A stretch of 64,000 nucleotides of DNA from Eledone cirrhosa (lineage: Eukaryota), in assembly GCA_964016885.1 (NCBI GenBank), contig OZ024754.1:19468001-19532000 (forward strand), given 5' to 3'. Within the stretch, counting starts at the first letter, position 1. Each line of letters begins with the position of its first letter. Below the pieces are notes generated by a model that ran no database searches, had not been told where the DNA came from, and saw only the letters and a program-made list of their open reading frames with translations. Below, piece by piece: positions 30,801 to 45,370 of the stretch. The position numbers and the translations under genes are program-made.

Positions 30801-32640
30801 TCTCAGATCAAGTCACTTGCTAGACATGTGCAACTGTGGCTAAAATGACTCTTCCTTGATACAGTTACTTTAGTTTGAACACAGTCTCAGATAAAGTCAC
30901 TTTCAAGGCATGTACAACTGTGACTAAAATGACTCTTCCATGATATAGTTACTTTAGTTTCAACACAGTAACAGATCAAGTCACTTGCCAGACATGTACA
31001 AGTTTAGCTAAAATGTCTCTTCAATGATATAGTTACTATAGTTTCAACACAACCTCAGATCATGTCACTTGCCAGACATGTACAACGGTGGCTAAAATGA
31101 CTCTTCCATGATATAGTTACTTTAGTTTCAACACAGTCACAGATAAAGTCACTTGCCAGACATGTACAACTGTGGCTAAAATGAATCTCCCATGATATAG
31201 TAGTTTAGTTTCAACACGTTCTCAGATCAAGTCACTTGCCAGACATGTACAACTGTGGCTAAAATGACTCTTCCATGATATATTTACTTTAGTTTCAACA
31301 CAGTCTTAGATCAAGTCACTTACCAGACATGTACAACTGTGGCTAAAATGACTCTTCCATGATATAGTTACTTTAGTTTCAACACAATCTTAGATCATGT
31401 CACTTACAAGACATGTACAACTGTGGCTAAAATGACTCTTCCATGATATAGTTACTTTAGTTTCAACACAATCTTAGATCAAGTCACTTGCCAGACATGT
31501 ACAACTGTGGCTAAAATAACTCTTCCATGATATAGTTACTTTAGTTTCAACACAGTCTCAGATCAAATCACTTGCTAGACATGTACAACTGTGGCTAAAA
31601 TGACTCTTCCATGATATAGTTACTTTAGTTTCAACACAGTCTCAGGTCAAGTCACTTACCAGACATGTGCAACTGTGGCTAAAATGACTCTTCCATGATA
31701 TAGTTACTTTAGTTTCAACACGATCTCAGATCAAGTCACTTGCCAGACATGTGCAACTGTGGCTAAAATGACTCTTCCATGATATAGTTACTTTAGTTTC
31801 AACACAATCTCAGATCATGTCACTTGCCAGACATGTACAACTCTGGCTAAAATAACTCTTCCATAATATAGTTACTTTAGTTTCAACACAGTCCCAGATC
31901 AAGTCACTTTCCAGGCATGTATAACTGTGGCTGAAATGACTCTTCCATGATATAGTTACTTTAGTTTCAACACAGTCACAGATCAAGTCACTTGCCAGAT
32001 ATGTACAACTGTGGCTAAAATGACTCTTCCATGATATAGTTACTTTAGTTTCAACACAGTAACAGATCAAGTCACTTGCCAGACATGAATAAGTTTAGCT
32101 AAAATGACTCTTCAATGATATAGTTACTTTAGTTTCAACACAACCTCAGATCATGTCACTTGCCAGACATCTACAACTGTGGCTAAAATGAGTCTACCAT
32201 GATACAGTTACTTTAGTTTCAGCACAGTCACAGATCAAGTCACTTGCCAGACATGTACAACTGTGACTAAAATGACTCTTCCATGATATAGTTACTTTAG
32301 TTTCAACACAATCTTAGATCAAGTCACTTGCCAGACATGTACAACTGTGGCTAAAATGAATCTTCCATGATATAGTACTTTAGTTTCAACACGGTCTCAG
32401 ATCAAGTCACTTGCCAGACATGTACAACTGTGGCTAAAATGACTCTTCCATGATATAGTTACTTTAGTTTCAACACAGCCTTAGATCAAGTTACTTGCCA
32501 GACATGTACAACTGTGGCTAAAATGACTCTTCCATGATATAGTTACCTTAGTTTCAACACAATCTTAGATCAAGTCACTTACCAGACATGTACAACTGTG
32601 GCTGAAATGACTCTTCCATGATATAGTTACTTTAGTTTCA
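13650..32640. repeat. Large near-tandem segmental duplication, offset 9657 bp (115 monomers minus 3 bp)
   Basis: ORF pairs 15435/25092, 17787/27444 and 22153/31810 all differ by 9657. Upstream of the 2-monomer gap the offset is 9489 (TATCG 13812/23301). The three 83-bp monomers per copy account for the -3. Confidence 0.9.
15430..20010. repeat. Tandem 28-mer (2352 bp) duplication, repeated again at about 25090-29670
   Basis: Markers are offset by 2352: ORFs 15435/17787 and 25092/27444, TCTTGCC 16371/18723, and GCCACA 17635/19987. Confidence 0.85.
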
Positions 32641-35149
32641 ACACAATCTTAGATCAAGTCACTTGCCAGACATGTACAACTGTGGCTAAAATGACTCTTC
32701 CATGATATAGTTACTTTAGTTTCAACACAGTCTCAGATCAAGTCACTTGCCAGACATGTACAACTGTGGCTAAAATGACTCTTTCATGATATAGTTACTT
32801 TAGTTTCAACACAGTCTTAGATCAAGTCACTTGCCAGACATGTACAACTGTGGCTAAAATAACTCTTCCATGATATAGTTACTTTAGTTTCAACACAGCC
32901 TCAGATAAAGTCACTTGCCAGACATGTACAACTGTGGCTAAAATAACTCTTCCATGATATACTTACTTTAGTTTCAACACAGTCTCAGATCAAGTCACTT
33001 GCTAGACATGTGCAACTGTGGCTAAAATGACTCTTCCATGATATAGTTACTTTAGTTTCAACACAGTCTCAGATCAAGTCACTTGCTAGACATGTACAAC
33101 TGTGGCTAAAATGACTCTTCCATGATATAGTTACTTTAGTTTCAACACAGTCTCAGATCAAGTCACTTGCCAGACATGTGCAACTGTGGCTAAAATGACT
33201 CTTCCATGATATAGTTACTTTAGTTTCAACACAGTCTCAGATCAAGTCACTTGCTAGACATGTGCAACTGTGGCTAAAATGACTCTTCCTTGATACAGTT
33301 ACTTTAGTTTGAACACAGTCTCAGATAAAGTCACTTTCAAGGCATGTACAACTGTGACTAAAATGACTCTTCCATGATATAGTTACTTTAGTTTCAACAC
33401 AGTCACAGATCAAGTCACTTGCCAGATATGTACAACTGTGGCTAAAATGACTCTTCCATGATATAGTTACTTTAGTTTCAACACAGTAACAGATCAAGTC
33501 ACTTGCCAGACATGTACAAGTTTAGCTAAAATGACTCTTCAATGATATAGTTACTATAGTTTCAACACAACCTCAGATCATGTCACTTGCCAGACATCTA
33601 CAACTGTGGCTAAAATGAGTCTACCATGATATAGTTACTTTAGTTTCAACACAGTCACAGATCAAGTCACTTGCCAGACATGTACAACGGTGGCTAAAAT
33701 GACTCTTCCATGATATAGTTACTTTAGTTTCAACACAGTCACAGATAAAGTCACTTGCCAGACATGTACAACTGTGGCTAAAATGAATCTCCCATGATAT
33801 AGTAGTTTAGTTTCAACACGTTCTCAGATCAAGTCACTTGCCAGACATGTACAACTGTGGCTAAAATGACTCTTCCATGATATATTTACTTTAGTTTCAA
33901 CACAGTCTTAGATCAAGTCACTTACCAGACATGTACAACTGTGGCTAAAATGACTCTTCCATGATATAGTTACTTTAGTTTCAACACAATCTTAGATCAA
34001 GTCACTTGCCAGACATGTACAACTGTGGCTAAAATAACTCTTCCATGATATAGTTACTTTAGTTTCAACACAGTCTCAGATCAAATCACTTGCTAGACAT
34101 GTACAACTGTGGCTAAAATGACTCTTCCATGATATAGTTACTTTAGTTTCAACACAGTCTCAGGTCAAGTCACTTGCCAGACATGTGCAACTGTGGCTAA
34201 AATGACTCTTCCATGATATAGTTACTTTAGTTTCAACACGATCTCAGATCAAGTCACTTGCCAGACATGTGCAACTGTGGCTAAAATGACTCTTCCATGA
34301 TATAGTTACTTTAGTTTCAACACAATCTCAGATCATGTCACTTGCCAGACATGTACAACTCTGGCTAAAATAACTCTTCCATGATATAGTTACTTTAGTT
34401 TCAACACAGTCCCAGATCAAGTCACTTTCCAGGCATGTACAACTGTGGCTGAAATGACTCTTCCATGATATAGTTACTTTAGTTTCAACACAGTCACAGA
34501 TCAAGTCACTTGCCAGATATGTATAAGTTTAGCTAAAATGACTCTTCAATGATATAGTTACTTTAGTTTCAACACAACCTCAGATCATGTCACTTGCCAG
34601 ACATCTACAACTGTGGCTAAAATGACTCTTCCATGATATAGTTACTTTAGTTTCAACACAGTCACAGATCAAGTCACTTGCCAGATATGTATAAGTTTAG
34701 CTAAAATGACTCTTCAATGATACAGTTACTTTAGTTTCAACACAGTCACAGATCAAGTCACTTGCCAGACATGTACAACTGTGACTAAAATGACTCTTCC
34801 ATGATATAGTTACTTTAGTTTCAACACAATCTTAGATCAAGTCACTTGCCAGACATGTACAACTGTGGCTAAAATGAATCTTGCATGATATAGTACTTTA
34901 GTTTCAACACGGTCTCAGATCAAGTCACTTGCCAGACATGTACAACTGTGGCTAAAATGACTCTTCCATGATATAGTTACTTTAGTTTAAACACAGCCTT
35001 AGATCAAGTTACTTGCCAGACATGTACAACTGTGGCTAAAATGACTCTTCCATGATATAGTTACCTTAGTTTCAACACAATCTTAGATCAAGTCACTTGC
35101 TAGACATGTACAACTGTGGCTAAAATGACTCTTCCATGATATAGTTACT

Positions 35150-38100
35150 TTAGTTTCAACACAGTCTCAGATCAAGTCACTTGCCAGACATGTGCAACTG
35201 TGGCTAAAATGACTCTTCCATGATATAGTTACTTTAGTTTCAACACAGTCTCAGATCAAGTCACTTGCTAGACATGTGCAACTGTGGCTAAAATGACTCT
35301 TCCTTGATACAGTTACTTTAGTTTGAACACAGTCTCAGATAAAGTCACTTTCAAGGCATGTACAACTGTGACTAAAATGACTCTTCCATGATATAGTTAC
35401 TTTAGTTTCAACACAGTCACAGATCAAGTCACTTGCCAGATATGTACAACTGTGGCTAAAATGACTCTTCCATGATATAGTTACTTTAGTTTCAACACAG
35501 TAACAGATCAAGTCACTTGCCAGACATGTACAAGTTTAGCTAAAATGACTCTTCAATGATATAGTTACTATAGTTTCAACACAACCTCAGATCATGTCAC
35601 TTGCCAGACATCTACAACTGTGGCTAAAATGAGTCTACCATGATATAGTTACTTTAGTTTCAACACAGTCACAGATCAAGTCACTTGCCAGACATGTACA
35701 ACGGTGGCTAAAATGACTCTTCCATGATATAGTTACTTTAGTTTCAACACAGTCACAGATAAAGTCACTTGCCAGACATGTACAACTGTGGCTAAAATGA
35801 ATCTCCCATGATATAGTAGTTTAGTTTCAACACGTTCTCAGATCAAGTCACTTGCCAGACATGTACAACTGTGGCTAAAATGACTCTTCCATGATATAGT
35901 TACTTTAGTTTCAACAAAGTCTTAGATCAAGTCACTTACCAGACATGTACAACTGTGGCTAAAATGACTCTTCCATGATATAGTTACTTTAGTTTCAACA
36001 CAATCTTAGATCATGTCACTTACAAGACATGTACAACTGTGGCTAAAATGACTCTTCCATAATATAGTTACTTTAGTTTCAACACAATCTTAGATCAAGT
36101 CACTTCCCAGACATGTACAACTGTGGCTAAAATGACTCTTCCATGATATAGTTACTTTAGTTTCAACAAAGTCTTAGATCAAGTCACTTGCCAGACATGT
36201 ACAAGTTTAGCTAAAATGACTCTTCAATGATATAGTTACTATAGTTTCAACACAACCTCAGATCATGTCACTTGCCAGACATCTACAACTGTGGCTAAAA
36301 TGAGTCTACCATGATATAGTTACTTTAGTTTCAACACGTTCTCAGATCAAGTCACTTGCCAGACATGTACAACTGTGGCTAAAATGACTCTTCCATGATA
36401 TAGTTACTTTAGTTTCAACAAAGTCTTAGATCAAGTCACTTGCCAGACATGTACAACTGTGGCTAAAATGACTCTTCCATGATATAGTTACTTTAGTTTC
36501 AACACAGTCTCAGATCAAGTCACTTACTAGACCTGTGCAACTGTGGCTAAAATGACTCTTCCATGATATAGTTACTTTAGTTTCAACACAGTCTCAGATC
36601 AAATCACTTGCTAGACATGTACAACTGTGGCTAAAATGACTCTTCCATGATATAGTTACTTTAGTTTCAACACAGTCTCAGGTCAAGTCACTTGCCAGAC
36701 ATGTGCAACTGTGGCTAAAATGACTCTTCCATGATATAGTTACTTTAGTTTCAACACGATCTCAGATCAAGTCACTTGCCAGACATGTGCAACTGTGGCT
36801 AAAATGACTCTTCCATGATATAGTTACTTTAGTTTCAACACAATCTCAGATCATGTCACTTGCCAGACATGTACAACTCTGGCTAAAATAACTCTTCCAT
36901 GATATAGTTACTTTAGTTTCAACACAGTCCCAGATCACGTCACTTTCCAGGCATGTACAACTGTGGCTGAAATGACTCTTCCATGATATAGTTACATTAG
37001 TTTCAACACAGTCACAGATCAAGTCACTTGCCAGATATGTACAACCGTGGCTAAAATGACTCTTCCATGATATAGTTACTTTAGTTTCAACAAAGTCAAA
37101 GATCAAGTCACTTGCCAGACATGTACAAGTTTAGCTAAAATGACTCTTCAATGATATAGTTACTTTAGTTTCAACACAGTCCCAGATCATGTCACTTGCC
37201 AGACATCTACAACTGTGGCGAAAATGAGTCTACCATGATATAGTTACTTTAGTTTCAACACAGTCACAGATCAAGTCACTTGCCAGACATGTACAACTGT
37301 GGCTAAAATGACTCTTCCATGATATAGTTACTTTAGTTTCAACACAGTCACAGATCAAGTCACTTTCCAGACATCTACAACTGTGGCTAAAATGACTCTT
37401 CCATGATATAGTTACTTTAGTTTCAACACAGTCTCAGATCAAGTCACTTGCCAGACATGTACAACTGTGGCTAAAATGACTCTTTCATGATATAGATACT
37501 TTAGTTTCAACACAGTCTTAGATAAAGTCACTTGCCAGACATGTACAACTGTGGCTAAAATAACTCTTCCATGATATAGTTACTTTAGTTTCAACACAGC
37601 CTCAGATAAAGTCACTTGCCAGACATGTACAACTGTGGCTAAAATAACTCTTCCATGATATACTTACTTTACTTTCAACACAGTCTCAGATCAAGTCACT
37701 TGCTAGACATGTGCAACTGTGGCTAAAATGACTCTTCCATGATATAGTTACTTTAGTTTCAACACAGTCTCAGATCAAGTCACTTGCTAGACATGTACAA
37801 CTGTGGCTAAAATGACTCTTCCATGATATAGTTACTTTAGTTTCAACACAGTCTCAGATCAAGTCACTTGCAAGTCATGTGCAACTGTGGCTAAAATGAC
37901 TCTTCCATGATATAGTTACTTTAGTTTCAACACAGTCTCAGATCAAGTCACTTGCTAGACATGTGCAACTGTGGCTAAAATGACTGTTCCATGATATAGT
38001 TACTTTAGTTTCAACACAGTCTCAGATCACGTCACTTGCTAGACATGTACAACTGTGGCTAAAATGACTCTTCCTTGATATAGTTACTTTAGTTTCAACA

Positions 38101-41100
38101 CAGTCTCAGATAAAGTCACTTTCAGGGCATGTACAACTGTGACTAAAATGACTCTTCCATGATATAGTTACTTTAGTTTCAACACAGTCACAGATCAAGT
38201 CACTTGCCAGATATGTACAACTGTGGCTAAAATGACTCTTCCATGATATAGTTACTTTAGTTTCAACACAGTCTCAGATCAAGTCACTTACCAGACATGT
38301 ACAACTGTGGCTAAAATGACTTTTCCAAGATATAGTTACTTTAGTTTCAACACAGACTCAGATCAAGTCACTTGCCAGACATGTACAACTCTGGCTAAAA
38401 TGACTCTTCCATGATATAGTTACTTTTGTTTCAACACAGTCTCAGATAAAATCACTTGCCAGAAATGTACAACTGTGGCTAAAATGACTGTTCCATGATA
38501 TAGTTACTTTAGTTTCAACACAATCTCAGATCAAGTCACTTACCATACATGTACAACTGTGGTTAGAATGACTCTTCCATGATATAGTTACTTTAGTTTC
38601 AACACAGTCTCAGATCAAGTCACTTGCCAGACATGTACAACTGTGACTAAAATGATTCTTCCATGATATAGTTACTTTAGTTTCAACGCAGTCACAGATC
38701 AAGTGTCTTGCCAGACATGTACAACAGTAGCTGAAATGACTCTTCCATGATATAGTTACTTTAGTTTCAACACAGTCTCAGATCAAGTCACTTGCCAGAC
38801 ATGTGCAACTGTGGCTAAAATGTCTCTGCCATGATATAGTTACTTTAGTTTCAACACAGTCTCAGATCAAGTCACTTGCTAGACATGTACAACTGTGGCT
38901 AAAATGACTCTTCCATGATATAGTTACTTTAGTTTCGACACAGTCTCAGATCAAGTCACTTGCTAGACATGTACAACTGTGGCTAAAATGACTCGTCCAT
39001 GATATAGTTACTTTAGTTTCAACACAGTCTCAGATCAAGTCACTTGCCAGACATGTGCAACTGTGGCTAAAATGACTCTTCCATGATATAGTTACTTTAG
39101 TTTCAACACAATCACAGATCAAGTCACTTACCAGGGATGTACAACTGTATCTAAAATGACTCTTCCATGATATAGTTACTTTAGTTTCAACACAGTCACA
39201 GATCAAGTCACTTACCAGGGATGTACAACTGTAGCTAAAATGACTCTTCCATGATATAGTTACTTTAGTTTCAACACAGTCTCAGATCAAGTCACTTGCC
39301 AGACATGTACAACTGTGGCTAAAATGACTCTTCCATGATATAGTTACTTTAGTTTCAACACAGTCTCAGATCAAGTCACTTACCAGACATGTACAACTGT
39401 GAATAAAATGATTCTTCCATGATATAGTTACTTTAGTTTCAACGCAGTCACAGATCAAGTGTCTTGCCGGACATGTACAACAGTAGCTAAAATGACTCTT
39501 CCCTGATATAGTTACTTTAGTTTCAACACAACCTCAGATCAAGTCACTTGCCAGACATCTACAACTCTGGCTAGAATTACTCTTCAATGATATAGTTACT
39601 TTAGTTTAAACACAATCTCAGATCAAGTCACTTGCCAGACATCTTTAACTGGGGCTAAAATGACTCTTCCATGATATAGCTACTTTAGTTTCAACACAAT
39701 CTCAGATCAAGTCAGTTACCAGACATGTACAACTGTGGTTAGCATGACTCTTCAATGATATAGTTACTTTAGTTTCAACACAATCTCAGATCAAGTCACT
39801 TGCTAGACATGTGCAACTGTGGCTAAAATGACTCTTCCATGATATAGTTACTTTAGTTTCAACACAGTCTCAGATCAAGTCACTTACCAGACATGTACAA
39901 CTGTGGCTAAAATGACTTTTCCAAGATATAGTTACTTTAGTTTCAACACAGACTCAGATCAAGTCACTTGCCAGACATGTACAACTCTGGCTAAAATGAC
40001 TCTTCCATGATATAGTTACTTTAGTTTCAACACAGTCTCAGATAAAATCACTTGCCAGACATGTACAACTGTGGCTAAAATGACTGTTCCATGATATAGT
40101 TACTTTAGTTTCAACACAATCTCAGATCAAGTCAGTTACCATACATGTACAACTGTGGTTAGAATGACTCTTCCATGATATAGTTACTTTAGTTTCAACA
40201 CAGTCTCAGATCAAGTCACTTGCCAGACATGTACAACTGTGAATAAAATGATTCTTCCATGATATAGTTACTTTAGTTTCAACGCAGTCACAGATCAAGT
40301 GTCTTGCCAGACATGTACAACAGTAGCTAAAATGACTCTTCCATGATATAGTTACTTTAGTTTCAACACAGTCTCAGATCAAGTCACTTGCCAGACATGT
40401 GCAACTGTGGCTAAAATGACTCTTCCATGATATAGTTACTTTAGTTTCAACACAGTCTCAGATCAAGTCACTTGCTAGACATGTGCAACTGTGGCTAAAA
40501 TGACTCTTCCTTGATACAGTTACTTTAGTTTGAACACAGTCTCAGATAAAGTCACTTTCAAGGCATGTACAACTGTGACTAAAATGACTCTTCCATGATA
40601 TAGTTACTTTAGTTTCAACACAGTCACAGATCAAGTCACTTGCCAGATATGTACAACTGTGGCTAAAATGACTCTTCCATGATATAGTTACTTTAGTTTC
40701 AACACAGTAACAGATCAAGTCACTTGCCAGACATGTACAAGTTTAGCTAAAATGACTCTTCAATGATATAGTTACTATAGTTTCAACACAACCTCAGATC
40801 ATGTCACTTGCCAGACATCTACAACTGTGGCTAAAATGAGTCTACCATGATATAGTTACTTTAGTTTCAACACAGTCACAGATCAAGTCACTTGCCAGAC
40901 ATGTACAACGGTGGCTAAAATGACTCTTCCATGATATAGTTACTTTAGTTTCAACACAGTCACAGATAAAGTCACTTGCCAGACATGTACAACTGTGGCT
41001 AAAATGAATCTCCCATGATATAGTAGTTTAGTTTCAACACGTTCTCAGATCAAGTCACTTGCCAGACATGTACAACTGTGGCTAAAATGACTCTTCCATG

Positions 41101-44100
41101 ATATAGTTACTTTAGTTTCAACAAAGTCTTAGATCAAGTCACTTACCAGACATGTACAACTGTGGCTAAAATGACTCTTCCATGATATAGTTACTTTAGT
41201 TTCAACACAATCTTAGATCATGTCACTTACAAGACATGTACAACTGTGGCTAAAATGACTCTTCCATAATATAGTTACTTTAGTTTCAACACAATCTTAG
41301 ATCAAGTCACTTCCCAGACATGTACAACTGTGGCTAAAATAACTCTTCCATGATATAGTTACTTTAGTTTCAACACAGCCTCAGATGAAGTCACTTGCCA
41401 GACATGTACAACTGTGGCTAAAATGACTCTTCCATGATATAGTTACTTTAGTTTCAACACAGTCTCAGATCAAGTCACTTACTAGACCTGTGCAACTGTG
41501 GCTAAAATGACTCTTCCATGATATAGTTACTTTAGTTTCAACACAGTCTCAGATCAAATCACTTGCTAGACATGTACAACTGTGGCTAAAATGACTCTTC
41601 CATGATATAGTTACTTTAGTTTCAACACAGTCTCAGGTCAAGTCACTTGCCAGACATGTGCAACTGTGGCTAAAATGACTCTTCCATGATATAGTTACTT
41701 TAGTTTCAACACGATCTCAGATCAAGTCACTTGCCAGACATGTGCAACTGTGGCTAAAATGACTCTTCCATGATATAGTTACTTTAGTTTCAACACAATC
41801 TCAGATCATGTCACTTGCCAGACATGTACAACTCTGGCTAAAATAACTCTTCCATGATATAGTTACTTTAGTTTCAACACAGTCCCAGATCACGTCACTT
41901 TCCAGGCATGTACAACTGTGGCTGAAATGACTCTTCCATGATATAGTTACTTTAGTTTCAACACAGTCACAGATCAAGTCACTTGCCAGATATGTACAAC
42001 CGTGGCTAAAATGACTCTTCCATGATATAGTTACTTTAGTTTCAACAAAGTCAAAGATCAAGTCACTTGCCAGACATGTACAAGTTTAGCTAAAATGACT
42101 CTTCAATGATATAGTTACTTTAGTTTCAACACAGTCCCAGATCATGTCACTTGCCAGACATCTACAACTGTGGCGAAAATGAGTCTACCATGATATAGTT
42201 ACTTTAGTTTCAACACAGTCACAGATCAAGTCACTTGCCAGACATGTACAACTGTGGCTAAAATGACTCTTCCATGATATAGTTACTTTAGTTTCAACAC
42301 AGTCACAGATCAAGTCACTTTCCAGACATCTACAACTGTGGCTAAAATGACTCTTCCATGATATAGTTACTTTAGTTTCAACACAGTCTCAGATCAAGTC
42401 ACTTGCCAGACATGTACAACTGTGGCTAAAATGACTCTTTCATGATATAGATACATTAGTTTCAACACAGTCTTAGATAAAGTCACTTGCCAGACATGTA
42501 CAACTGTGGCTAAAATAACTCTTCCATGATATAGTTACTTTAGTTTCAACACAGCCTCAGATAAAGTCACTTGCCAGACATGTACAACTGTGGCTAAAAT
42601 AACTCTTCCATGATATACTTACTTTACTTTCAACACAGTCTCAGATCAAGTCACTTGCTAGACATGTGCAACTGTGGCTAAAATGACTCTTCCATGATAT
42701 AGTTACTTTAGTTTCAACACAGTCTCAGATCAAGTCACTTGCTAGACATGTACAACTGTGGCTAAAATGACTCTTCCATGATATAGTTACTTTAGTTTCA
42801 ACACAGTCTCAGATCAAGTCACTTGCAAGTCATGTGCAACTGTGGCTAAAATGACTCTTCCATGATATAGTTACTTTAGTTTCAACACAGTCTCAGATCA
42901 AGTCACTTGCTAGACATGTGCAACTGTGGCTAAAATGACTGTTCCATGATATAGTTACTTTAGTTTCAACACAGTCTCAGATCACGTCACTTGCTAGACA
43001 TGTACAACTGTGGCTAAAATGACTCTTCCTTGATATAGTTACTTTAGTTTCAACACAGTCTCAGATAAAGTCACTTTCAGGGCATGTACAACTGTGACTA
43101 AAATGACTCTTCCATGATATAGTTACTTTAGTTTCAACACAGTCACAGATCAAGTCACTTGCCAGATATGTACAACTGTGGCTAAAATGACTCTTCCATG
43201 ATATAGTTACTTTAGTTTCAACACAGTCTCAGATCAAGTCACTTACCAGACATGTACAACTGTGGCTAAAATGACTTTTCCAAGATATAGTTACTTTAGT
43301 TTCAACACAGACTCAGATCAAGTCACTTGCCAGACATGTACAACTCTGGCTAAAATGACTCTTCCATGATATAGTTACTTTTGTTTCAACACAGTCTCAG
43401 ATAAAATCACTTGCCAGAAATGTACAACTGTGGCTAAAATGACTGTTCCATGATATAGTTACTTTAGTTTCAACACAATCTCAGATCAAGTCACTTACCA
43501 TACATGTACAACTGTGGTTAGAATGACTCTTCCATGATATAGTTACTTTAGTTTCAACACAGTCTCAGATCAAGTCACTTGCCAGACATGTACAACTGTG
43601 ACTAAAATGATTCTTCCATGATATAGTTACTTTAGTTTCAACGCAGTCACAGATCAAGTGTCTTGCCAGACATGTACAACAGTAGCTGAAATGACTCTTC
43701 CATGATATAGTTACTTTAGTTTCAACACAGTCTCAGATCAAGTCACTTGCCAGACATGTGCAACTGTGGCTAAAATGTCTCTGCCATGATATAGTTACTT
43801 TAGTTTCAACACAGTCTCAGATCAAGTCACTTGCTAGACATGTACAACTGTGGCTAAAATGACTCTTCCATGATATAGTTACTTTAGTTTCGACACAGTC
43901 TCAGATCAAGTCACTTGCTAGACATGTACAACTGTGGCTAAAATGACTCGTCCATGATATAGTTACTTTAGTTTCAACACAGTCTCAGATCAAGTCACTT
44001 GCCAGACATGTGCAACTGTGGCTAAAATGACTCTTCCATGATATAGTTACTTTAGTTTCAACACAATCACAGATCAAGTCACTTACCAGGGATGTACAAC

Positions 44101-45370
44101 TGTATCTAAAATGACTCTTCCATGATATAGTTACTTTAGTTTCAACACAGTCACAGATCAAGTCACTTACCAGGGATGTAGAACTGTAGCTAAAATGACT
44201 CTTCCTTGATATAGTTACTTTAGTTTCAACACAGTCTCAGATCAAGTCACTTGCCAGACATGTACAACTGTGGCTAAAATGACTCTTCCATGATATAGTT
44301 ACTTTAGTTTCAACACAGTCTCAGATCAAGTCACTTACCAGACATGTACAACTGTGAATAAAATGATTCTTCCATGATATAGTTACTTTAGTTTCAACGC
44401 AGTCACAGATCAAGTGTCTTGCCGGACATGTACAACAGTAGCTAAAATGACTCTTCCCTGATATAGTTACTTTAGTTTCAACACAACCTCAGATCAAGTC
44501 ACTTGCCAGACATCTACAACTCTGGCTAGAATGACTCTTCAATGATATAGTTACTTTAGTTTAAACACAATCTCAGATCAAGTCACTTGCCAGACATCTT
44601 TAACTGGGGCTAAAATGACTCTTCCATGATATAGCTACTTTAGTTTCAACACAATCTCAGATCAAGTCAGTTACCAGACATGTACAACTGTGGTTAGCAT
44701 GACTCTTCAATGATATAGTTACTTTAGTTTCAACACAATCTCAGATCAAGTCACTTGCTAGACATGTGCAACTGTGGCTAAAATGACTCTTCCATGATAT
44801 AGTTACTTTAGTTTCAACACAGTCTCAGATCAAGTCACTTACCAGACATGTACAACTGTGGCTAAAATGACTTTTCCAAGATATAGTTACTTTAGTTTCA
44901 ACACAGACTCAGATCAAGTCACTTGCCAGACATGTACAACTCTGGCTAAAATGACTCTTCCATGATATAGTTACTTTAGTTTCAACACAGTCTCAGATAA
45001 AATCACTTGCCAGACATGTACAACTGTGGCTAAAATGACTGTTCCATGATATAGTTACTTTAGTTTCAACACAATCTCAGATCAAGTCAGTTACCATACA
45101 TGTACAACTGTGGTTAGAATGACTCTTCCATGATATAGTTACTTTAGTTTCAACACAGTCTCAGATCAAGTCACTTGCCAGACATGTACAACTGTGAATA
45201 AAATGATTCTTCCATGATATAGTTACTTTAGTTTCAACGCAGTCACAGATCAAGTGTCTTGCCAGACATGTACAACAGTAGCTAAAATGACTCTTCCATG
45301 ATATAGTTACTTTAGTTTCAACACAGTCTCAGATCAAGTCACTTGCCAGACATGTGCAACTGTGGCTAAA
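35150..45370. repeat. Tandem duplication of about 5 kb (62-mer first copy, 59-mer second copy)
   Basis: TCCTTGATAC at 35301/40508 is offset 5207 = 62x84-1. ORFs 36846/41801 and the GGGG marker 39651/44606 are offset 4955 = 59x84-1. The first copy has three extra monomers at about 36.13-36.43 kb. Confidence 0.85.

Noticed and set aside
30853-33287. A 2434-bp marker spacing equal to that at 605-3039, suggesting a conserved 29-mer HOR
   Set aside because: The monomer order inside the two intervals differs and neighbouring spacings are 31 and 24 monomers, so it is probably coincidental.
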